DNA of 64,000 nt from Anaerolineaceae bacterium. Lineage in GTDB: Bacteria > Chloroflexota > Anaerolineae > Anaerolineales > Anaerolineaceae. Positions within the stretch are counted from its first letter, which is position 1. Each line of letters opens with the position of its first letter. The stretch is from NCBI GenBank assembly GCA_041741455.1, contig JBGSJZ010000099.1, positions 64,870-128,869 on the forward strand, in the 5' to 3' direction. The position numbers were made by a program, and so were the translations under genes. Below the pieces are notes generated by a model. The model was given only the letters and a program-made list of their open reading frames with translations. It was not told the DNA's origin and did not search any database. Positions 18,857 through 29,231 of the stretch are shown here, one piece after another.

Positions 18857-20734
18857 TTAGTTGTTGCTGATGAAGGTCGGAGTGCCTGTGGTCTTGGGAT
18901 AGGGAGGTGGAAAGATTGCCTCAAATTCCTCGCGGTTGATGGTTTCAGACTCCAATAAGCGGGTTGCTACTGCATCCAGTTGAGTACGATACTCTGTGAT
19001 AATGCGGCGAGCTTCATCGTAGGCATAGCTCACCATTTGGCGAACTTCGGCATCGATTTGCTCGGCTACAGATTCCGAGTAATCCCGTTGTTCGGAAATT
19101 TCACGACCGAGGAAAATCAACTCTTCCTTCTGACCGTAGACCATGGGTCCCATGTTGCTGGACATACCCAGGCGGGTGACCATGGTGCGAGCCAGCTGAG
19201 TAACGCGCTCAATGTCGTTCGATGCGCCGGAAGTTATATCGTCAAAGACGATCTCTTCAGCAGCCCGGCCGCCGAGCAGGCCAACCATCTCGGCAACCAA
19301 TTTTTTGCGGGGCATCAGGGTGCGATCTTCAGACGGCAGAGCCAGGGTATATCCAGCAGCCATGCCGCGAGCAATGATGGAAACTTTATGGACTGGGTCG
19401 GCTTCAGGGATGGCGTTCATGACTATTGCATGGCCGGCTTCGTGATAGGCAATGATCCGCTTTTCTTCAGAACTGATAAGACGGCTCTTGCGTTCTGGAC
19501 CAGCGATGACCCGTTCAACGGCTTCCTGCAGTTCGGATTGGCCGATAACCTTCTTGTTGCGGCGGGCTGCCAGAATTGCAGCCTCATTGACCAGGTTTTC
19601 CAGATCAGCACCAACAAAACCAGGAGTACCACGAGCCAGAAGGCTCAGGTCGATCTCCGGGGAAAGAGGTTTGCCCTTGACGTGAACTTTCAGGATGGCT
19701 TCGCGACCGCGCACATCCGGTCGGTCAAGCATTACCCGGCGATCAAAGCGGCCAGGGCGTAATAAGGCTGGATCGAGGATGTCCGGGCGGTTGGTAGCGG
19801 CGATGATGATGACATTGGTGTCGGTACCAAAGCCGTCCATTTCAACCAGCATCTGGTTGAGGGTTTGCTCACGCTCGTCATGGCTGCCGCCCAAACCTGC
19901 GCCACGCTGACGTCCGACTGCATCAATTTCATCCACAAAGACGATGCAGGGAGAGTGCCGCTTGGCCTGATCAAATAGGTCACGCACCCGGCTGGCGCCG
20001 ACGCCAACGAACATTTCAACGAATTCCGAACCGGAAATGGAGAAGAATGGCACGCCAGCTTCACCAGAAACGGCTTTGGCCATGAGTGTCTTGCCGGTGC
20101 CGGGAGGGCCGACCAACAACACACCCTTAGGGATGCGAGCGCCAAGGGCGATGAATTTTTGCGGTTCACGCAGAAATTCCACCACTTCTCGCAGTTCTTC
20201 TTTGGCCTCTTCAACACCTGCAACGTCGGCGAAGGTTACCGATGGCTGATCGCCAGTGAACATACGAGCTTTGGATTTTCCAAATGACATGGCAGCGCTA
20301 TTGCTACCTTGCGCCTGCCGGAAAATGAAAAAGAAAGCTCCTGCCAGCAACAGAAATGGCAAAATGTAGCCCAATGCAGTCAGGATGCCAACCCACGGGC
20401 TGGGGGCTTTAATTTCAATTGTCAGAAGATTCGGTGTAAGTTTTTCAGGGGATACACCAAATTGAATCAGTTGCTCCACCAAGGTCGCGCTTGAATCCTT
20501 GGTTGAGGTGACTTTGACTACATCTTCCTGTTCTCCGCCTTTCATCGTGATGGTTAAGCGGTTTTCGTCCCCAACGATTTTGGCAACCTTTTCCTCATTA
20601 ACTGCCTGAGCTAACTCGTTAATGGTCATCGTTCCCTGGGCAGCACCATTGTTGCCGACGTTGTAAACCACCAGGGTGATGATGGCAATGAAAAGCAGGA
20701 TATAAATGATATAAGATTGGTTTCGTGAATTCAC
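18857..20734 (-). CDS. ftsH: ATP-dependent zinc metalloprotease FtsH
   Basis: 625 aa. N-terminal TM helices, Walker [12 protein letters not shown] region, and the HEAGHA zinc-binding motif. Confidence 0.95.
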   Translation of the reverse strand: MNSRNQSYIIYILLFIAIITLVVYNVGNNGAAQGTMTINELAQAVNEEKVAKIVGDENRLTITMKGGEQEDVVKVTSTKDSSATLVEQLIQFGVSPEKLTPNLLTIEIKAPSPWVGILTALGYILPFLLLAGAFFFIFRQAQGSNSAAMSFGKSKARMFTGDQPSVTFADVAGVEEAKEELREVVEFLREPQKFIALGARIPKGVLLVGPPGTGKTLMAKAVSGEAGVPFFSISGSEFVEMFVGVGASRVRDLFDQAKRHSPCIVFVDEIDAVGRQRGAGLGGSHDEREQTLNQMLVEMDGFGTDTNVIIIAATNRPDILDPALLRPGRFDRRVMLDRPDVRGREAILKVHVKGKPLSPEIDLSLLARGTPGFVGADLENLVNEAAILAARRNKKVIGQSELQEAVERVIAGPERKSRLISSEEKRIIAYHEAGHAIVMNAIPEADPVHKVSIIARGMAAGYTLALPSEDRTLMPRKKLVAEMVGLLGGRAAEEIVFDDITSGASNDIERVTQLARTMVTRLGMSSNMGPMVYGQKEELIFLGREISEQRDYSESVAEQIDAEVRQMVSYAYDEARRIITEYRTQLDAVATRLLESETINREEFEAIFPPPYPKTTGTPTFISNN

Positions 20735-20907
20735 ACAATCCTCCAGTTAAACTCCCATACCATCTGGAAGTTTAGAAAGATTATACCAATGTCCACCCCT
20801 TGTATCCAGTTTGTGTATGGAGATTGGTTCAAATTAATAAAACTCTAACATGCAAATGGCTATTAGGTTCCACTCATCGAAAGATGCATGAGCTTGAGGA
20901 AAAACAA

Positions 20908-22128
20908 CTATTTCCCCTCAATATAAACATTCTGTTTGCACTCCACAGCTCGGCAAAATTGCTGCAAATGAGAGCGATCGTGGGTTGCCATAAAGTTGAC
21001 CATCTCTGCAAGGGTGGTCCGGCCAAAAATTGTGTGACGGCAAGGACGATACCATGAGTTTTGTGGTAAATTCACTAAAATTTGGATCAACTCCATCCGG
21101 GTTTCCATAAACTCAGCAATTGCCTGTGGACCAGATTGTAGAGCATACGTGCGGGTTGCTGCCCAATCATCTGTATCAATACCGGTGAGAAGCGGAGTAT
21201 CTTCCGTCAGGATACGACGAATACGGGGTATGTTCACTTCTAAGTCCACATCCCTCAGGTGACACAGAACTTCAACCGGTGACCATTCGCCAGTTGCCGG
21301 TGAATTATGCCAGTTGGTATTATTAAAATTTCGAGAGCGGGTCTCCAATGCAGCCGGGGTGGCCTGTAGTACAGCCAAACCTGCCAGTATTGAATTTACG
21401 AAAGGTGGAAGATCTTGAGAAAGATTTTTTTCTATCCAGGGAATCACCTGGTCGATTGTTCCAGTAGCTGAATGGCCAGGAAGCTGGGCTTTATCTGGAT
21501 GATCCGTCAACCAGAAGGCAGGCAGCCCCAATTGATTAGCAGGTTGAATGTCGTCTGGCAGGCTATTGCCGATCATGAAAGCCGGGCGGTCAGGCCAACC
21601 AATCTGACCGAGTAATTCGGCATAGTAAGCCGGGTGTGGTTTGGCAAAATGCATGGTTTCAAAAGAAGGAACCAGTAAGTACGGGAATTGATCAACAGGT
21701 AGCCCTGCCCAAGCTAATCGCTGGAGAATGGCCGTGCGGGGAAAAAGCGGGTTGGTGGCAATCACCACTTCCCAACCCCGGCGAAAAAATTCCTTTACCA
21801 ACTGGATGGCAGCCGGGTTCTGGCGAGTGAGAGAACTTAAATGTGGGAATTTTTTGATATAGAATTGAAGAATTTGATCGTCAATATCCGCTTTCAATAC
21901 ACCAATGGCTGGGTAAAAATGTGCATCGAATGTTTGCTCCAGCGTGTTGGCTGGTAATTCTTTATGCACCATTTTACCAGTAGCTTTAAGAAGACTGCTG
22001 ATAAGATGTTTCGGATCCACCCGTTGGCTGAGGTGCCCGCCCAGGCCTTGCAAGTATGTGGGCAGGAAAGTATCCATATCATTATGGAGCAGCGTATCAT
22101 CCAAGTCGATGAGGATGGTGATGGTCAT
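20908..22128 (-). CDS. HAD-superfamily hydrolase fused to a DinB_2/YfiT-like C-terminal domain
   Basis: 406 aa. N-terminal HAD motif I ILIDLDDTL and motif III-like region. The C-terminal ~150 aa (HLRDVDLEV...MATHDRSHLQQ) resemble DinB/YfiT-like metal-dependent four-helix bundle proteins. Confidence 0.55.
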   Translation of the reverse strand: MTITILIDLDDTLLHNDMDTFLPTYLQGLGGHLSQRVDPKHLISSLLKATGKMVHKELPANTLEQTFDAHFYPAIGVLKADIDDQILQFYIKKFPHLSSLTRQNPAAIQLVKEFFRRGWEVVIATNPLFPRTAILQRLAWAGLPVDQFPYLLVPSFETMHFAKPHPAYYAELLGQIGWPDRPAFMIGNSLPDDIQPANQLGLPAFWLTDHPDKAQLPGHSATGTIDQVIPWIEKNLSQDLPPFVNSILAGLAVLQATPAALETRSRNFNNTNWHNSPATGEWSPVEVLCHLRDVDLEVNIPRIRRILTEDTPLLTGIDTDDWAATRTYALQSGPQAIAEFMETRMELIQILVNLPQNSWYRPCRHTIFGRTTLAEMVNFMATHDRSHLQQFCRAVECKQNVYIEGK

Positions 22129-22460
22129 GACTTAATTTCCGTGGAATCAAATGGCAAGGGATGACACTGACCACAGCCGATTTCAGGTTCTGGCACGGAT
22201 TGTTTGCTCTTGGTGCAGTAGGCACTGACTTGAACCCGGCGGGGTAGGAAGAAGATGCCGCGTCTGATTTTGGCAACCAGATTGAGATTGGGGCAAGCGT
22301 TGGAACGGATGATACCAGGAACCGGGCAGGTTTTACATAAATCCGGCGTCCAATGCAAGGGCGGTGCAGCCTTTCCGATCAGGCGACATTCCTCCAGGGA
22401 TTTTCCCCTGAAATAATTACCATAAAAGAAAGGACATTCAATTCCAGCAGGTGTGCGCAT
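22125..22460 (-). CDS. Cys-rich small hypothetical protein (11 Cys in 111 aa)
   Basis: AAGGGG RBS. The stop overlaps the downstream HAD-DinB gene start (ATGA). Family not recognised. Confidence 0.4.
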   Translation of the reverse strand: MRTPAGIECPFFYGNYFRGKSLEECRLIGKAAPPLHWTPDLCKTCPVPGIIRSNACPNLNLVAKIRRGIFFLPRRVQVSAYCTKSKQSVPEPEIGCGQCHPLPFDSTEIKS

Positions 22461-22482
22461 TTCTACCCCTTATGGTAAAAAG

Positions 22483-22509
22483 GTTGGTTTGAGGGCTCAA
22501 ACCAACCCG
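22483..22509. terminator. Bidirectional terminator downstream of efp
   Basis: aaaaaGGTTGGTTTGAG-ggc-CTCAAACCAACC perfect 12-bp stem. The rc strand follows with ttttta. Confidence 0.6.
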
Positions 22510-22538
22510 GTGAAAGTGAATGATGCTAATCAATCCGG

Positions 22539-23102
22539 TTAATTATTGGCTCGAGTGACGTAAGTGCCGTTGCGGGTGTCAATACGAATAGTATCGCCAG
22601 TAGTGACGAAGGAAGGAACATCAATTATGGCACCTGTTTCAACTTTGACCTTTTTAGTCACACCCGTAGCGGTATCGCCACGAACGGCGGTTTCTGATTC
22701 GACTACTTTCAAATCCACTGCCAGTGGAAGTTCAATATCAATGGCTTCGTTGTTGTAAAAAGTGAGCTTTACTTCCATGCCTTCTTTGAGGAAGCCGGCT
22801 GATTCACCTAAAATGTTCTTGTGAACAGCAGGTTGCTCGAATGTTTCGAGATCCATGAAATAATACAACTCGCCATCGCTGTAAAGATACTGGACGTTGT
22901 GGAAATCCAGTCGGATATCTTGAATACGATCGCCAGAGGAGAAGGTTTTCTCAATATTGGAACCAGTACGCAGGTTGCGGGCTTTGATGCGGATAGTCGC
23001 ATTGCCACGTCCGGGTTTGTGGTGGTGATAATCGGTGACGCGGTAAAGGTTACCATCCAGTTCGAAGGTGACACCTTTGCGTAGATCATTTACATCAATC
23101 AT
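22539..23102 (-). CDS. efp: Elongation factor P
   Basis: 187 aa. MIDVNDLRKGVTFELDGNLYRV ... KPGRGNATIRIKARNLRTG is canonical EF-P, including the modified-lysine loop. Confidence 0.95.
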   Translation of the reverse strand: MIDVNDLRKGVTFELDGNLYRVTDYHHHKPGRGNATIRIKARNLRTGSNIEKTFSSGDRIQDIRLDFHNVQYLYSDGELYYFMDLETFEQPAVHKNILGESAGFLKEGMEVKLTFYNNEAIDIELPLAVDLKVVESETAVRGDTATGVTKKVKVETGAIIDVPSFVTTGDTIRIDTRNGTYVTRANN

Positions 23103-23182
23103 GACATTTGCCTCAATCTATTACGAATTTAACGCTCTGATTATAGCGCACACAGGCATGGGTGACAAGATTTTAAAAACAT

Positions 23183-23210
23183 GCACGGCGGCTGATGATA
23201 GCCGCCGTGC
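23183..23210 (-). terminator. Rho-independent terminator of hpf
   Basis: GCACGGCGGC-tgatgata-GCCGCCGTGC perfect 10-bp stem. catgtttttaaaa follows on the minus strand. Confidence 0.6.
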
Positions 23211-23227
23211 GGATAGCAATGGTGCGA

Positions 23228-23788
23228 TTATCCAAGCTGGGGTTCGATCAGACCAAATGAGCCGTCGTTCCGTTTGTAGAGGACATTGACGGAGCTGGTA
23301 TTGACGTTGTAGAAAATGAAGAAATTTTCGTGCCCCAACAACGCCATCTGTTCCAGAGCTTCGCTTTCGTCCATAGGCACCAGCGTGAAAGACTTGCGGC
23401 GAGCAATAATTGGAGCGAGGGTTTCCTCAACAGGAATGATATCGGGAGCGACTTCTGAAGCTGAAACACCATCTCCCCGACCATGTGATCGTTTTCCCTT
23501 GTATCGTTCGATTTGTCGCTGAATTTTGTCGACCATGGCATCCAGGGCAGCAAACAAATCGCTGGAATGTTCTTCTGCGCGCAAGATGTAACCTTTACCG
23601 CGCAGAGTGATTTGTGCGCCGTAGCGATCCGCGGCGGAGCGCGCGGATTTGACATAATTTATATCAACACGCGCCTCCTCAACATCACTCAAGAAACGAT
23701 CCAATTTAGATATTTTTTTGGTCACGTAATCATGAATCCGATCCGTGACTTCCATATTCTTTGCCACGATGTCAACTTTGAGCGCCAT
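23228..23788 (-). CDS. hpf: Ribosome hibernation-promoting factor (long HPF)
   Basis: Start trimmed to MALKVDIVAKNMEVTDRIHDYV (ATG at 23788, AGGAGG RBS). C-terminal dimerisation domain present. Confidence 0.85.
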   Translation of the reverse strand: MALKVDIVAKNMEVTDRIHDYVTKKISKLDRFLSDVEEARVDINYVKSARSAADRYGAQITLRGKGYILRAEEHSSDLFAALDAMVDKIQRQIERYKGKRSHGRGDGVSASEVAPDIIPVEETLAPIIARRKSFTLVPMDESEALEQMALLGHENFFIFYNVNTSSVNVLYKRNDGSFGLIEPQLG

Positions 23789-23798
23789 ACGGTTCCTC

Positions 23799-24545
23799 CT
23801 ATGAAGAATGTTGAACATCCATTTGTTGGCTCCCTGCAGGAGCCAGTGACACCGGGGCTTCACTGGAATGCTCCTCGAGCAGGGCTCGGGCAAGGGTCAG
23901 GGCAAAAACTTGAGATGCCCCGCCTTGCAAGAGCGCTCGGGCTGAATTCCGCAGGGTTGCACCGGTGGTCATCACATCGTCCAGTAAAAGTACGTTGCGG
24001 CCAGAAACAAGATCTGCTTTGGCTAAAAACGCCGCGTCCAAATTTCTATGACGCTCTTCGGCAAACAAACCGACCTGAGAGCGGGTGTTCTTGGTTCGCA
24101 CCAAGGCGCCGGGCAAGTAAGGCATGCCAGTTTGGAGGGCGAGAGCGTATGCCAGAAAGGTTGATTGGTTGTAACCTCGCATCCGGCGGCGGTGTGGATT
24201 GAGGGGAACAGGGATAATACTATCCACCGGCCATGCTTGCTCATGAATTAATTGTACCAGATGTTGGCTGAGGGGTTCACACAAACCCAGATCATTTTTA
24301 TATTTCAGTCGACGAATTGCTTTTCGCAACGGGCCGCGATAGGCTGCCCAGGAACGGCAGGCTTGCCAAGGTGGTGGATCGTTGAGGCAGGAATCACAAA
24401 TTCGCCTCTGTGGTGAAGGTTGACTGCATTTTGGACAAAGATCGGCAGGTAAGACTTCTATCTGCAAAAGACAATCAGAACAAAGGCGTTCACCCCAACG
24501 GCCACATCCGGCGCAGGTAGGTGGAAAAACCCAATCCAGCACCAC
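23799..24545 (-). CDS. comF: ComF-family protein (double zinc ribbon + phosphoribosyltransferase domain)
   Basis: CxxC...CxxC...CxxC cysteine pairs at the N-terminus. C-terminal PRTase fold with VLLLDDVMTTGATL. GTG start is uncertain. Confidence 0.7.
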   Translation of the reverse strand: MVLDWVFPPTCAGCGRWGERLCSDCLLQIEVLPADLCPKCSQPSPQRRICDSCLNDPPPWQACRSWAAYRGPLRKAIRRLKYKNDLGLCEPLSQHLVQLIHEQAWPVDSIIPVPLNPHRRRMRGYNQSTFLAYALALQTGMPYLPGALVRTKNTRSQVGLFAEERHRNLDAAFLAKADLVSGRNVLLLDDVMTTGATLRNSARALLQGGASQVFALTLARALLEEHSSEAPVSLAPAGSQQMDVQHSS

Positions 24546-24617
24546 CCAAAGGGTGTGGTAGAAGGTGAATCCTGGATAAGTTTTTATGGTTCCCAGATTA
24601 AACTCCTTGAATGAATT

Positions 24618-25577
24618 CTACTGGAACATACCCCCCATGACAGAATGAAACAACTTTAGTGCAGCAGGTGTAAGAAGAACAATAATCAAGGCTGGAAAGA
24701 TTAACAAGCCCATCGGAAGGAGCATTTTTAGTGGTGCTTTATGTGCTTCTTCTTCCGCAAGCTGACGACGTCGCACGCGCATTTGATCCGATTGAATTCG
24801 CAATACTTTCGACATGCTGACGCCCAACTGTTCAGACTGAATCACTGCAGCCACAAAACTGGTAAGTTCGTTCAAGCCAATTCGATCAGCCATATCCCGA
24901 AGTGCTTCTCGACGTAATTTTCCAAGTTGAATTTCTTTGAGTACGCGGGCAAATGCAAGTGAAAGTTCATTATCCCATTTTTCACTAACCTTGTTCATTG
25001 CTGCATCAAAACCAAGTCCTGCCTCGACGCAAATACATAATAAATCAAGGGCATCTGGCATTGATTTACGTACACTTTTTTGCCTTCGAGAAATTTTGCC
25101 GCCTATCCAGAGCTGTGGAAAGTAGAAACCCAGTACACCAAAGACAATGGTTAAAAGAACAATTCGACCCATCGGCCATTGTGCAGTTCCAAGAGTAAAT
25201 ACCAAAACAATAATCCCGCCACCCAGAAAAAGGCCGACGAATTGTAAAATGAAAAAAACGGCTGGATCAAGATTTGCCGGGTTACCTGCCAATTCTAACC
25301 GTCGGCTGATGCTGTTTAATACATTTTGAGGAGTAAAGTGTGTGGCGAAATCACCAAGTTTTCTGGCGATAGGATAAATGACACGCTCCTGGAAAGGTTG
25401 GGACATTTCCAGCTTTTCCAAATCGACTTCTTCACCGGATGCGCGTAATGCCTCCAAACGTTCAAGAGCAGAATCATCCACATAATTCTTTGGCTGTCGT
25501 ACCCCAATCCAGATGAGGATTCCAGCGATAATAATTACAATCCCAAAAACAAGACCAATCAGAGCAAGATCACTCAT
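24618..25577 (-). CDS. tadC: Tad/Flp pilus assembly membrane protein TadC-like (T2SS F family)
   Basis: 319 aa polytopic membrane protein with the T2SSF domain. Adjacent to the TadB-like and CpaF genes. Confidence 0.75.
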   Translation of the reverse strand: MSDLALIGLVFGIVIIIAGILIWIGVRQPKNYVDDSALERLEALRASGEEVDLEKLEMSQPFQERVIYPIARKLGDFATHFTPQNVLNSISRRLELAGNPANLDPAVFFILQFVGLFLGGGIIVLVFTLGTAQWPMGRIVLLTIVFGVLGFYFPQLWIGGKISRRQKSVRKSMPDALDLLCICVEAGLGFDAAMNKVSEKWDNELSLAFARVLKEIQLGKLRREALRDMADRIGLNELTSFVAAVIQSEQLGVSMSKVLRIQSDQMRVRRRQLAEEEAHKAPLKMLLPMGLLIFPALIIVLLTPAALKLFHSVMGGMFQ

Positions 25578-25594
25578 AGTAATTCTCCACGATG

Positions 25595-26551
25595 TTAAAC
25601 TTCAATTTGAGATAATTTTTGCATAGTGAAGTAACCACTTATGATTAAAATCCCTGCAATAACCAAGGCAATAATTCCACAAATACCGGCATCTGGCTTG
25701 AAGAATTCCATCATGTACTCCCGGTTAAGAAAATAAAGGGCCAGGATGACCGCAACAGGCATTAGAGCCAGCATTTTGCCAGAATACATTGTTTGAGTTG
25801 TTAGGACCCGAATTTCGCCTTTGATGCGTATCCGTTCACGAATTGTGAAAGAAATAGTATCCAGAATTTCTGCCAAGTTACCACCTACCTCGCGTTGGAC
25901 GTTTATAGCAGTGATCAGTAGGTCTAAATCGGGAGACGGAATGCGCCGCAATAAATTATCTAGAGATCTTTCCATGGAAACGCCTAATTGCATTTCCTGA
26001 ACCACTCTGCGGAACTCATCACAGATGGGAGATGGCATTTCCTTGCTGATGGCTTCCATAGCTTGCATTGTTGAGTAACCTGCTCTTAAGCCATTGACCA
26101 TTAAATTAAGCATATCTGGAAGTTGGGTATCAAATTTTATGAGGCGTTGACCCTGCTGGCGCCGGACATAAAGCCAAGGTAGGAATAAACCAATAATGAC
26201 GCCAATTCCACCGCCAATCAAATCTCGACCGGCAAAAAACCAACCCAGCAAACCAACCGCAAACCCGGTAATTATAAAAGTTGCAATGAATTCACCCGGT
26301 TTAAACTTTAGATCAGCACGAGCAAGATTTTTTGCTATTCGATCCCCCAGGGATGAACTGGCAACTCTGCGGTTTAGCCAATCTGTGAGTAAAGCTTTTT
26401 GTGCCCCTGGAGTTTCTTCTACAGAGCCCGCATATCGGTCAATTCTCTCATCCACCATATTTCGAGACTCTCGCATAGATATCACTACACCAATCATAAG
26501 CATGATGACTGCGAGAGAACCCCCAACCCCAAGTATTAGAGTATAGTTCAT
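25595..26551 (-). CDS. tadB: Tad/Flp pilus assembly membrane protein TadB-like (T2SS F family)
   Basis: 318 aa with the T2SSF domain. Lies in the operon between cpaF and tadC. Confidence 0.75.
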   Translation of the reverse strand: MNYTLILGVGGSLAVIMLMIGVVISMRESRNMVDERIDRYAGSVEETPGAQKALLTDWLNRRVASSSLGDRIAKNLARADLKFKPGEFIATFIITGFAVGLLGWFFAGRDLIGGGIGVIIGLFLPWLYVRRQQGQRLIKFDTQLPDMLNLMVNGLRAGYSTMQAMEAISKEMPSPICDEFRRVVQEMQLGVSMERSLDNLLRRIPSPDLDLLITAINVQREVGGNLAEILDTISFTIRERIRIKGEIRVLTTQTMYSGKMLALMPVAVILALYFLNREYMMEFFKPDAGICGIIALVIAGILIISGYFTMQKLSQIEV

Positions 26552-26563
26552 GGATTTCCTCGT

Positions 26564-27946
26564 TTATCGCCGATTGGGCATGAAAATGGATGGGGGTAAG
26601 CGCACCCCGGCATCCTCAATTTTATCCAGGAATTTTGGACGCAAACCTGTTGCTCGTAGTCGGCCAACGACTTTCCCGTTATCATAACCGACTTGTTCAA
26701 AAGCAAAAATGTCGGTCATGGTGATGATTTCACCTTCCATGCCTGACACTTCAGATATATAGGTAACTTTACGAGTACCATCACGCATGCGTTCTTGATG
26801 AACGACCAAATCGATAGCGGATGATACTTGCTCCCGGATTGCGCGTACTGGCAGTTCCATCCCGGCCATCATGGTCATTGTTTCCAAACGAGCCAGGGTA
26901 TCGCGTGGGCTATTGGAGTGGAGGGTTGTCATGGAGCCATCGTGACCGGTGTTCATGGCCTGCAACATATCTATCGCTGCTTCATCACGAATTTCACCTA
27001 CAATAATCCGGTCTGGACGCATACGCAGGGCATTGATAACAAGTTGCCGAATATTGATTTCCCCTTTGCCTTCAATATTCATGGGACGGGATTCGAGCGT
27101 GACTACATGATCCTGCCGGAGCTGAAGCTCGGCTGCATTTTCAATGGTAACAATACGCTCATCTGTAGGAATGTATCCTGAAAGGACATTGAGTAGTGTG
27201 GTTTTACCAGAACCAGTACCGCCAGAAATTACAATATTGATCCGGCCAATTACACAGGCTCGTAAAAACTCGACAGATTCTTCCGTCAAGGATCCGTAGT
27301 TAATCATTTGCTCTACGGTGATGGGGACGCGAGCAAATTTACGGATGGTGAGAACCGGACCTACCAATGACAATGGGGGAATGATGGCATTGACACGGGA
27401 ACCATCTGGCAGACGGGCATCCACATAGGGGCTGGATTCGTCAATACGGCGACCTAGCGGGGCGACAATGCGTTCGATGATTCGCATGACATGGGCATTG
27501 TTTTCAAACGCCATGGGTACTCGGAAAAGTTTACCCTTGCGCTCTACGTAGATATTCTTGGCGCCATTCACCATGATTTCGGTTATGGTGTCATCATCCA
27601 GGAGTGGTTGCAAGGGCCCAAAGCCCAGGATTTCTGCCGCTATTTGTTCAAATAGACGGGCGCGCTCAGGGCGCGAGAGAACAATGTTTTCTTCGTTCAG
27701 AATTTGTTCAAAAAGCTCCTGAATGGTTCGCCGGACTTCTAAAGTTTTAGTGACATCCATCGTTGGATCCAAACCGGCCAACAATTTATTTTGAACCCGA
27801 GTTTTGAGATCTTGCAGTGTATCCTGGTTTGAACCAGCTGGCATATTAGAGCGACGAGCTCCCCCACCATTGACAGTGCTGGAATCGGAACTAGATTGGT
27901 TGCCCGATTGATTATCATTATTCGTTATACGCCTGAGAATCGACAT
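26564..27946 (-). CDS. cpaF: CpaF/TadA-family secretion ATPase
   Basis: 460 aa. Walker [10 protein letters not shown] and T2SSE/VirB11-type ATPase motifs. Confidence 0.9.
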   Translation of the reverse strand: MSILRRITNNDNQSGNQSSSDSSTVNGGGARRSNMPAGSNQDTLQDLKTRVQNKLLAGLDPTMDVTKTLEVRRTIQELFEQILNEENIVLSRPERARLFEQIAAEILGFGPLQPLLDDDTITEIMVNGAKNIYVERKGKLFRVPMAFENNAHVMRIIERIVAPLGRRIDESSPYVDARLPDGSRVNAIIPPLSLVGPVLTIRKFARVPITVEQMINYGSLTEESVEFLRACVIGRINIVISGGTGSGKTTLLNVLSGYIPTDERIVTIENAAELQLRQDHVVTLESRPMNIEGKGEINIRQLVINALRMRPDRIIVGEIRDEAAIDMLQAMNTGHDGSMTTLHSNSPRDTLARLETMTMMAGMELPVRAIREQVSSAIDLVVHQERMRDGTRKVTYISEVSGMEGEIITMTDIFAFEQVGYDNGKVVGRLRATGLRPKFLDKIEDAGVRLPPSIFMPNRR

Positions 27947-27970
27947 CGTTCATCTCCTGACTTGAGTAGC

Positions 27971-29185
27971 TTACCTCTTGGTTAGTGGCAGGGCATCATC
28001 TTGCTTATTGAATCTGGTTTGGATCAAGTCGGCTAATTCAAAAATTCCCTTACTAACCGGAAGACTTTTATTGTCAAGAATGAAAGGCTTTCCACGGGTG
28101 ATTGAAATCGGAACAGCTTTATCATCGAGGGGTATGCAGATTTGTATTGGTTGGCGTAATGTTTCTCCCACCCGCTCTGGTGAAACGTTATTACGCTTAT
28201 CATAGCGGTTCATGATGAACAGGATTCGATTACGCTTGATTCCCGAAGCATCTGAGAGTGAAAGGAAGCTGCTACAATTCTTTATGGATGGGATCTCTTG
28301 AGTTGTGATCAGAACGATAGTATCACTTATTTCTAATGCCGCTTGAACTACATCGGTCAGATAGGGAGCTGTATCAACAATAATATAAGCATAGACATCC
28401 CTAAGAAAATCAAGTAATTTGCTGAATTGTTCCGAAGTAATTTCTGTCGCCCATTCTGCTTTGGAAGGGGCTGGTAAAACGTCCAATCCAGAAGCAGAGT
28501 GTTTGACCGCCACGTTGTGTACAACCTCTGCATCAAGCTCATCCACCCGGGGGGTTAGGTCATACACGCTGTTTTTCACCTGCTCGTTAATGAAGACTGC
28601 AACATCACCATAGAGTAAGTTAGCTTCCAGCAGTACAACCGGGTTCTCTTCGGAATGAAGACAGATAGCAAGGTTTGTGGCTATGGTTGTGCAGCCCGTT
28701 CCACCTTTAGGAGAGTATACAGAAACGATTTTTCCCGTTCCGCGACGGGATGTCAGCGGGGTGGCTGGGCCTGAGGTAGTAGAGGTTTGGGATTTTTCAT
28801 CCTGCGCCATTTTTCCAGCCCGCCGGATAGCGGCAGTCAGATCTTCGATCGCCGGCGGTTTGGTTAAGAAGTCACGAACACCGGCTTGCATGGCGCGACG
28901 CATGTAATTGGGATCATTTTGAACGGAAAGGATCACCACCTGCACATAGGGAAATTTTCGTCGAATGGCCTCAGTAGCTGTAATGCCATCCATATCCGGC
29001 ATGTTGATGTCCATGATGATAACATCCGGCTTAACCTGGTTAGAGAGGTCAATTGCCTCCCTACCAGAACGCGCCATTCCAGCAACTTCGATGAGGGAAT
29101 CGAACTGCAGCATGCGTTTTATGTTTTCACGTGTATCTGTAATATCATCGACGATCAAGACACGTATGATATTTTGAACTGGCAT
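27971..29185 (-). CDS. cpaE: CpaE-like ParA/MinD-family ATPase with N-terminal response-regulator receiver domain
   Basis: REC domain with DD pair, DVIIMDINMPDMDG (phospho-acceptor Asp), S and K residues conserved. It is followed by the deviant Walker A SPKGGTGCTT of the MinD/ParA family. Confidence 0.8.
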   Translation of the reverse strand: MPVQNIIRVLIVDDITDTRENIKRMLQFDSLIEVAGMARSGREAIDLSNQVKPDVIIMDINMPDMDGITATEAIRRKFPYVQVVILSVQNDPNYMRRAMQAGVRDFLTKPPAIEDLTAAIRRAGKMAQDEKSQTSTTSGPATPLTSRRGTGKIVSVYSPKGGTGCTTIATNLAICLHSEENPVVLLEANLLYGDVAVFINEQVKNSVYDLTPRVDELDAEVVHNVAVKHSASGLDVLPAPSKAEWATEITSEQFSKLLDFLRDVYAYIIVDTAPYLTDVVQAALEISDTIVLITTQEIPSIKNCSSFLSLSDASGIKRNRILFIMNRYDKRNNVSPERVGETLRQPIQICIPLDDKAVPISITRGKPFILDNKSLPVSKGIFELADLIQTRFNKQDDALPLTKR

Positions 29186-29231
29186 TCAATCTCCTAAAAC
29201 TTTCGAAGAGTGGATAACCTCTTTATAAAAA

